Below, one piece after another: positions 26,818 through 32,276 of a stretch of 32,276 nucleotides of DNA; position 1 is the stretch's first letter; every line of letters begins with the position of its first letter. The position numbers and the translations under genes were made by a program. The notes under the pieces were generated by a model. That model made no database searches. It worked only from the letters and a program-made list of their open reading frames with translations, and was not told the origin of the DNA. Source of the stretch: Schlesneria sp. (GTDB taxonomy: Bacteria; Planctomycetota; Planctomycetia; Planctomycetales; Planctomycetaceae); contig JAYUFF010000630.1 in the NCBI GenBank assembly GCA_043738825.1, forward strand, positions 1 through 32,276, given 5' to 3'.

Positions 26818-29800
26818 TCAGGTTTCCTCTTCCACTCGTCGATTATCGCCATTGTACGCATACGTAACACGCGTGCCGGTAGGAAGTTGGTAGAGCGTCG
26901 GTTGATTCTCATAATTCCAGGTGACCGTCGTCCGGTCGCCATTGGGCATCCGTTCGACCTGTTGATTGCCAGCTGAATCAAACGTGTAGGTCGTTCGGCC
27001 CGCTGGCGTGTGACCAAAGATCAACTGGTTTGCTGCATCAAACGCGTAACTTGTGCGTGCCCCATCGATGTTCTTCAGCGTCCGATTACCTGTCGAATCG
27101 TACGTGTAGGTCTGACGGTAGGAGTTCGTCCCAGTGCGGTTCTCGCCGGAAAGCTGATTCTGAGTGTCATAACTCCATGTGACACGGCTACCGCCAGACT
27201 CGATCATTGCCGTCCGATTGCCTGCTGCGTCGTAACGGTAGTCGAGCGACAATAGAAGTGTGCCATCCGCCTTTCGATGGATAACTGCCGTTTGTTGATC
27301 CGCTGCATCGTAACTGAATGAAGTTCGTTGAGACGCTCCCATGCGCTCCACCGTTCGTCGTCCTGCGGCATCGTAACTGAATGTCGTCCGCTTGTTCTCA
27401 GCGTTGACGAGCAGCGTTGCGCGGCCCGCCGCATCGTAGATGGACGTTACACGTCCACCATCTGAATCTCGCACGACCGTTCGTTGCCCAACCGCGTCGT
27501 AAGCATAGGTCACGATCTCAGCGGCAAAGTTTGCGACTTGCCGCGTGCGGTCCAATACATCGTAACTGAACGTATACCGGCCGGTGGAATCCTGCATCTT
27601 CATTCGTCGACCACCTGCGTCATAAGCAAATGTCACACGAGAGCCATCGGGATAGCGACGGCGTGTCACGCGATCCAGCGCATCGAAGGTGTACGTCGTG
27701 CGGTGGCCACGGGCATCAATGCGCAAAATCTGACGTCCAACTGTATCATACGCGTATGTCGTCCTACGTCCGAATGGATCGATCAACTGCGTCCGACGGC
27801 CGACGTTATCGTAAGTGAGTGTGTACCGGTTAGCCCGCTGGTCCACCAATGCTATGAGCTGACCGGCCGCATCGAACACACTGGTTGTCCGGTAGCCGAG
27901 CGCACTGAGTGCGGCGATCTGACGGCCGGTGGCATCGAAAATCGACGTCGCTCGTCGATTGAGCGAATCGATGGTGGTCAGCATCTGGCCAGCGAGGTTA
28001 TAGACGAAGCTCGTTCGGTTACCGAGCGGATTGATGTTGGACACGACCTGGGATGCGGCGTCATAGAGAGTCGTTCTGCGATTCGCGAGTGGATTGATCA
28101 CGGCGACGGTTCGCCCGGCTGCGTCATAGACAAACGTGTTCCGCTGGTGCAGTGGATTGATCGACGCCATGAGCTGGCTATTTGCGTCGAGAATGGTGGT
28201 TGATCGCCGGTTCAAGGCATCGACCGTGGCAATGTTCCGGCCGCCTGCGTCATAGACGGATGTCGTTCGATTTCCCAGTGCATCAATTCCGGAGAGAGGC
28301 TGCCCGGCCACATTGTAGATTGTCGTTGCCCGGCGATTGAGTGCATCGAGCATGGCAATCTGTTGTCCTGCATTGTCGTAAAAATACGTCGTGCGCTGAG
28401 CGAGGGCATTCACCGAAGCAAGGGTTGAACCGTCAGCTCGGTAAATGGCTGTCGTGCGCTGAAGCAGGGGCGTGATGATGGCAATGGATCGGCCGGCCAA
28501 GTCATAGACTGTCGTTGCGCGGGCACCAGTCGGGTCGATGATGGCCAGACGGCGACCTGCTGCATCGTATACAAATGTGGAACGTCGGAGCAGCGGATCG
28601 ACACTGGCCTTTGAACGTCCCGAGTTGTCGTACAGGATCGTCCAACGGCTGTTCAGCGGATTGATTGACGCAATCGTTTCGTTCGCCGCGTCATAGACCG
28701 TCGAATTACGGCGGCTCATCGGATCGATCGAAGCCACGGAACGGCCGGCAGCATCATAGACATTTGTACTGCGGCGACCGAGTGAATTGATGGATGCCAC
28801 CGATCGACCGTCGGCGTCATAAACCGCAGTGTTTCGGTTTAGGAGCGGATCGACATAAGCAATCGAGCGTCCCGCAGCATCGTAGATTGTCGTGGCTCTC
28901 TGGCCTAGGGGATTAATTCCCGCGATCGCTCTACCCACTTTGTCATAGACCGTCGTGGTACGAATGCCGAGGGGAGTGATGGACGCGACCGCCTGCCCGG
29001 CGGCGTCGTAGACAGACGTCGAACGTCGCAGCAGCGGATCGATACTCGCCAAGTCTCGATTCAATGCGTCATACAGCGTCGTTGTGATGTTGCCGAGCGG
29101 GTCTGTGACTCGCTTACGATTCATTGCTGAATCGTAAGCGAACGTCATTCGCCGACCCAACGGAGTGATGCTCGCCAACACCGACCCGCGGAGGTCGTAG
29201 ACCGTCGTGCGTCGGTTCAGAAGGGGATCGATAGATGCAATCGGTCGCCCGGCGACATCGAAGACTGTGGAGGACCGCTCGCCGACAGGATTGATGGAGG
29301 CCTGTGGCCGACCGTTCAGGTCGTATACCGTCGTGTTCCGCTGGCCGAGCGGGTTGATGCGAGCAACGACCCAGCCTGCACTGTTGAAAACCGCCGTGGT
29401 TCGTCGGCCGAGGCCGTCAAGACTTGCGACGGGACGCCCGGCAGCATCGTAGATGGTTGTAGCTCGCTGGCCGAGCGGATCGGTGCGGGCAACGACTCGG
29501 CCTGCACTATCATAGACTGTCGTGGTTCGTCGACTGAGGCTGTCGAGACTTGCGACGCGACGCCCGGCGGCATCGTAGACCGTCGTGGCTCGCAGACCCA
29601 ACGGATCTACTGTCGCCACCGGCTGCGAGTTGGTGTTGTAGATCGTTGTGGTCCGGCCGCCGAGCGGATTGATGCTGGCCACCCGCCGCCCCTGACTGTC
29701 GTAAACCGATGTGGATCGTTGACCAAGCGGGTTGATGGCGGCAAGACTTCGTCCCAACAGGTCGTAAACCGTGGTTGACCGGTTGCCGAGTGGATCAACG

Positions 29801-32276
29801 CTCACGAACGGCCGGTTCTGGACGTCGTACATCGTCGTCCAAACAGCACCCGTCGGCTGGCGAGTCGCGATGCGATTTCCGGTGGCATCATAGGAATAGC
29901 TTGTACGTTGGCCGAGCGGATCAATATCGGCAACATGCCTCCCACTGATGTCGTGGATGCCGGTGGTGATGGCTCCCATGGAATTGACGGTACGCATGAC
30001 ATGCCCAATGGCATCGTAAACGGTCGTGGACCGCTGCCCCAATGGACCAATGCTCGCAACCCGGCGGCCAAGCACATCGTAAACCAACGTCGTCCGCGCC
30101 CCAATCGCGTCTTCTTTCTGGAGTAGATGTCCGGAGGCATCGTAGGTAAACGACTGCCGAGCGCCGGTGGGGAGAATCTTGGCCACGACGCGGTTCATCG
30201 AATCGCGCTGGAACGTCGTCCTCGCGCCCAACGGATTGATCACAGAAATTGGTTGACCAGCCGCATTAAAAGTGAACGACGTTCGCTCGCCGAGTGGATT
30301 GATGGAAGCCGCGGTGAGACCGAACCCATTGTAGACTTGGGTACTGCGAGCACCTGATGGGCTAATGATTGACTGCACCGCTCCATTGGGAGCGTAGGTG
30401 AAGCTGGTGCGAGTCCCGCTGCGATTCACGCGAGCGATGCGCTGGCCAGCGGCATTCCAGACATAAGTCGTTCGTTGTGTCAGCGGATTGATGGTCGCCG
30501 CGACGCGACCCTGCGCATTGTAAAGGTAGGTGAATCGGCCACCGCTCGGGTGCAGCACGGCCCCAAGGCTCGAAACACCATTCGGAAGAGGTTGGTACAG
30601 GTAGGTCGTGCGGCGGCCCAGAGGATCCTGGATGCTCCGCTTGACGTTATTTTCCCACAGCGTTGTTGTACGGTGCCCGAGCGGGTCGATGACTTGTTCG
30701 ACGTTCCGGCTGGCGTTGAAGACGAGTGTGGTCGATGCGGCATTCGGAAACGTCACGCGCGTCCATCGCTCCCAGTAATTGTAAGCGATGGTCTTTCTCG
30801 ATCCGTCCGGATGCACCACGCTGCCCAGACGACCCAAATAGTCGTAGGCATATGTCGTCCGATCACCGTCTGCGCCTTCTTCGGCAATCAGACGCCGACT
30901 TTCATCGTAGGAATAGTTGGTGACACAGAGTTCCGGACAGATCCGCTGAACGAGCAAACCATTGTTGTCGACGACCAGTGTCGTAATCCTCGCGGCGGGA
31001 TCGACGATCTGCCGCAGCTTGCCATTGGTGTCGTACGCATAGGTTGTTCGTTGCCCCGTCGGACTGGCGATCCCGGTCAACCGAACTTGCGGATCGTGGA
31101 TAAACGTCCAGATTTGCGCGGCTGGACTCACAAATCGTCGCATCCGCCCTGCAGCGGAGTATTCAGAACTGAAGCCGTTGGCTTGTTCGAGCGTGTAGGT
31201 TCCATCCAAATTCTTTCGCAGCGAATTCGTGACACCACCAGGAGCTTGCAAGACGCCGCTGTTTCCCGTGTACCGGACAACCGTGCCGGAACCACTGATA
31301 AACGTCACTTCTCCATTACCGGGAACCAATCGTTGGCTTAAGGGTGGGGTCCAGCCGATCCCGGTAACCGATGTGGCCGCGGATCGGGAATTGTACGTCA
31401 ACTGCGATTGTGGATCGAACGGACCACCGTCCACCGTTGCCACGTTGATGACCAGATTCCCGTCGATCGGATTGAACCGCCCCGAACCCGCCTCAATGAC
31501 ACTGGGTAGGTTCGCCGGTGCAGCACAGGAACACCCACTACCGCCGCCACACGCACAGCCGGAGGAACCGGACGGGCTGGAACCGGCTGAGGCACCATTT
31601 GGAGAAGTTGCCCCTGTCGCCAGGGCCGAATCGCAAGTCGCAGCATGCGCAGGAGCTTTGCACTCCGGATTGCACGATTCGTTACCGCAACGATCTTCGT
31701 CGGTTTTCACTTGTTTGGCGGGAACTTGGTTTTCGTCGCACTTGCAATGGCATCCCTCTTCGCTGCCCATCTCGCCTGGGCACATTTCGATCTCGCCCGT
31801 GCATCCGCAATCGTTTTTTTCGCAACAACAAATGTCATCGCCGGTATACGGATCACCTTCACACTTCAGGGGTGAACCGGGTGGGCAACCGCCACCACCA
31901 CCACCACCACTGCTTGACGAAGAGCTGTTCGAACTTGATGAACTCGATGAGGAGCCGGAAGACGAACTGCTGCTCGAGGAGCCCGAAGACGAACCGCTGC
32001 TCGAGGAGCCGGAAGACGAACCGCTGCTCGATGAGCCGGGAGATGAACCGCTGCTCGATGAGCCGGAAGGCGAACCACTGCCCGATGAGCCGGAAGGCGA
32101 ACCGCTGCTCGATGAGCCGGGAGATGAACCACTTCCCGATGAGCCGGAAGGCGAACCACTGCTGGATGAACTGGAAGACGAACCACTGCTGGATGAACCC
32201 GAAGACGAATTGCTTGATGAACTCAGCAACGACCCAGAACTCGATGATGGAATACTGGATCCACTGGAACTCGGGG
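26818..32276 (-). CDS. Giant Rhs/YD-repeat shell protein without an Rhs core (5' end beyond the window): Ser/Gly-rich, Cys-rich, DUF6531-like, then YD repeats
   Basis: The frame is open to the window edge. FNPIDGNL...LTYNS...GIGWT, then dozens of 21-aa TT.YDAAGR.VA.IDPLG.R repeats. Ends YAYNGDNRRVEEET* with no DPxG. Confidence 0.92.
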   Translation of the reverse strand, partial: PSSSGSSIPSSSSGSLLSSSSNSSSGSSSSGSSSSSSSSGSPSGSSGSGSSPGSSSSGSPSGSSGSGSPSGSSSSGSSPGSSSSGSSSGSSSSGSSSGSSSSSSSSGSSSSSSSSNSSSSSSGGGGGGGCPPGSPLKCEGDPYTGDDICCCEKNDCGCTGEIEMCPGEMGSEEGCHCKCDENQVPAKQVKTDEDRCGNESCNPECKAPAHAATCDSALATGATSPNGASAGSSPSGSSGCACGGGSGCSCAAPANLPSVIEAGSGRFNPIDGNLVINVATVDGGPFDPQSQLTYNSRSAATSVTGIGWTPPLSQRLVPGNGEVTFISGSGTVVRYTGNSGVLQAPGGVTNSLRKNLDGTYTLEQANGFSSEYSAAGRMRRFVSPAAQIWTFIHDPQVRLTGIASPTGQRTTYAYDTNGKLRQIVDPAARITTLVVDNNGLLVQRICPELCVTNYSYDESRRLIAEEGADGDRTTYAYDYLGRLGSVVHPDGSRKTIAYNYWERWTRVTFPNAASTTLVFNASRNVEQVIDPLGHRTTTLWENNVKRSIQDPLGRRTTYLYQPLPNGVSSLGAVLHPSGGRFTYLYNAQGRVAATINPLTQRTTYVWNAAGQRIARVNRSGTRTSFTYAPNGAVQSIISPSGARSTQVYNGFGLTAASINPLGERTSFTFNAAGQPISVINPLGARTTFQRDSMNRVVAKILPTGARQSFTYDASGHLLQKEDAIGARTTLVYDVLGRRVASIGPLGQRSTTVYDAIGHVMRTVNSMGAITTGIHDISGRHVADIDPLGQRTSYSYDATGNRIATRQPTGAVWTTMYDVQNRPFVSVDPLGNRSTTVYDLLGRSLAAINPLGQRSTSVYDSQGRRVASINPLGGRTTTIYNTNSQPVATVDPLGLRATTVYDAAGRRVASLDSLSRRTTTVYDSAGRVVARTDPLGQRATTIYDAAGRPVASLDGLGRRTTAVFNSAGWVVARINPLGQRNTTVYDLNGRPQASINPVGERSSTVFDVAGRPIASIDPLLNRRTTVYDLRGSVLASITPLGRRMTFAYDSAMNRKRVTDPLGNITTTLYDALNRDLASIDPLLRRSTSVYDAAGQAVASITPLGIRTTTVYDKVGRAIAGINPLGQRATTIYDAAGRSIAYVDPLLNRNTAVYDADGRSVASINSLGRRSTNVYDAAGRSVASIDPMSRRNSTVYDAANETIASINPLNSRWTILYDNSGRSKASVDPLLRRSTFVYDAAGRRLAIIDPTGARATTVYDLAGRSIAIITPLLQRTTAIYRADGSTLASVNALAQRTTYFYDNAGQQIAMLDALNRRATTIYNVAGQPLSGIDALGNRTTSVYDAGGRNIATVDALNRRSTTILDANSQLMASINPLHQRNTFVYDAAGRTVAVINPLANRRTTLYDAASQVVSNINPLGNRTSFVYNLAGQMLTTIDSLNRRATSIFDATGRQIAALSALGYRTTSVFDAAGQLIALVDQRANRYTLTYDNVGRRTQLIDPFGRRTTYAYDTVGRQILRIDARGHRTTYTFDALDRVTRRRYPDGSRVTFAYDAGGRRMKMQDSTGRYTFSYDVLDRTRQVANFAAEIVTYAYDAVGQRTVVRDSDGGRVTSIYDAAGRATLLVNAENKRTTFSYDAAGRRTVERMGASQRTSFSYDAADQQTAVIHRKADGTLLLSLDYRYDAAGNRTAMIESGGSRVTWSYDTQNQLSGENRTGTNSYRQTYTYDSTGNRTLKNIDGARTSYAFDAANQLIFGHTPAGRTTYTFDSAGNQQVERMPNGDRTTVTWNYENQPTLYQLPTGTRVTYAYNGDNRRVEEET
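31952..32218. repeat. 27-bp tandem repeat (~10 units) encoding SSSGS(S/P)SGS
   Basis: Units resembling GAGCCGGAAGACGAACCGCTGCTCGAT start at 31952, 31979 and onward with a 27-bp period. Confidence 0.88.

Larger units (their letters stand above)
24810..26844 (-). repeat. Direct repeat pair: the 5' regions of the two Rhs core cassettes (~24810-25107 and ~26550-26844)
   Basis: About 40 bp are identical around the start codons (TCATTTACGGTGTCCCAAACAAAGCGGCGTTTCGGCATGGT). Downstream differences are largely at third codon positions. Confidence 0.9.

Noticed and set aside
26810-26825. Rhs shell/core break as a simple frameshift pseudogene
   Set aside because: The same stop-CC-ATG junction with RBS is conserved in the second cassette with a different stop codon.
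24810-26844. Repeat pair as a diversity-generating retroelement TR/VR
   Set aside because: Differences are mostly synonymous rather than adenine-specific, and no reverse transcriptase is in the window.
27484-31341. Plus-strand ORFs of 239 and 288 aa
   Set aside because: Antisense shadows of the Rhs repeats.
28000-32218. Periodic DNA as a possible CRISPR array
   Set aside because: The 63-bp and 27-bp periods are in-frame coding repeats without a constant repeat and unique spacer pattern, and no cas genes are present.

Overview
Bacterial DNA, most likely Planctomycetota (inferred from a Cys-type sulfatase with a C-terminal carbohydrate-binding-like domain, a large serine recombinase, a secreted WD40 protein, a GspG-like protein and the style of the Rhs genes). 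The first ~2.6 kb is GC-rich host sequence: a REP doublet, the sulfatase, a hairpin MITE-like element and a UPF0175 remnant. A probable integrated island starts at ~2660 with a tRNA-Ser-like 3' remnant, a nested palindrome and the serine recombinase, and runs past the right edge. It holds a broken IS110, an inverted Rhs remnant and an AT-richer, partly decayed methyltransferase cluster. It also holds an intact Mutator/IS256-like IS with IRs and an 8-bp target duplication, an ISAs1 remnant, and a three-gene glycosyltransferase/TPR operon converging on a minus-strand Rhs operon. The most notable feature is that the Rhs system is split. A very long YD-repeat shell gene with a Ser-rich, Cys-rich N-terminus stops before the Rhs core. 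Two separate core+toxin genes follow (a HExxH tip and a His/Cys tip), each with the same RBS/start junction and its own candidate exported immunity gene, then an atypical IscU-like gene. All calls come from reading motifs by eye; no database searches were run.
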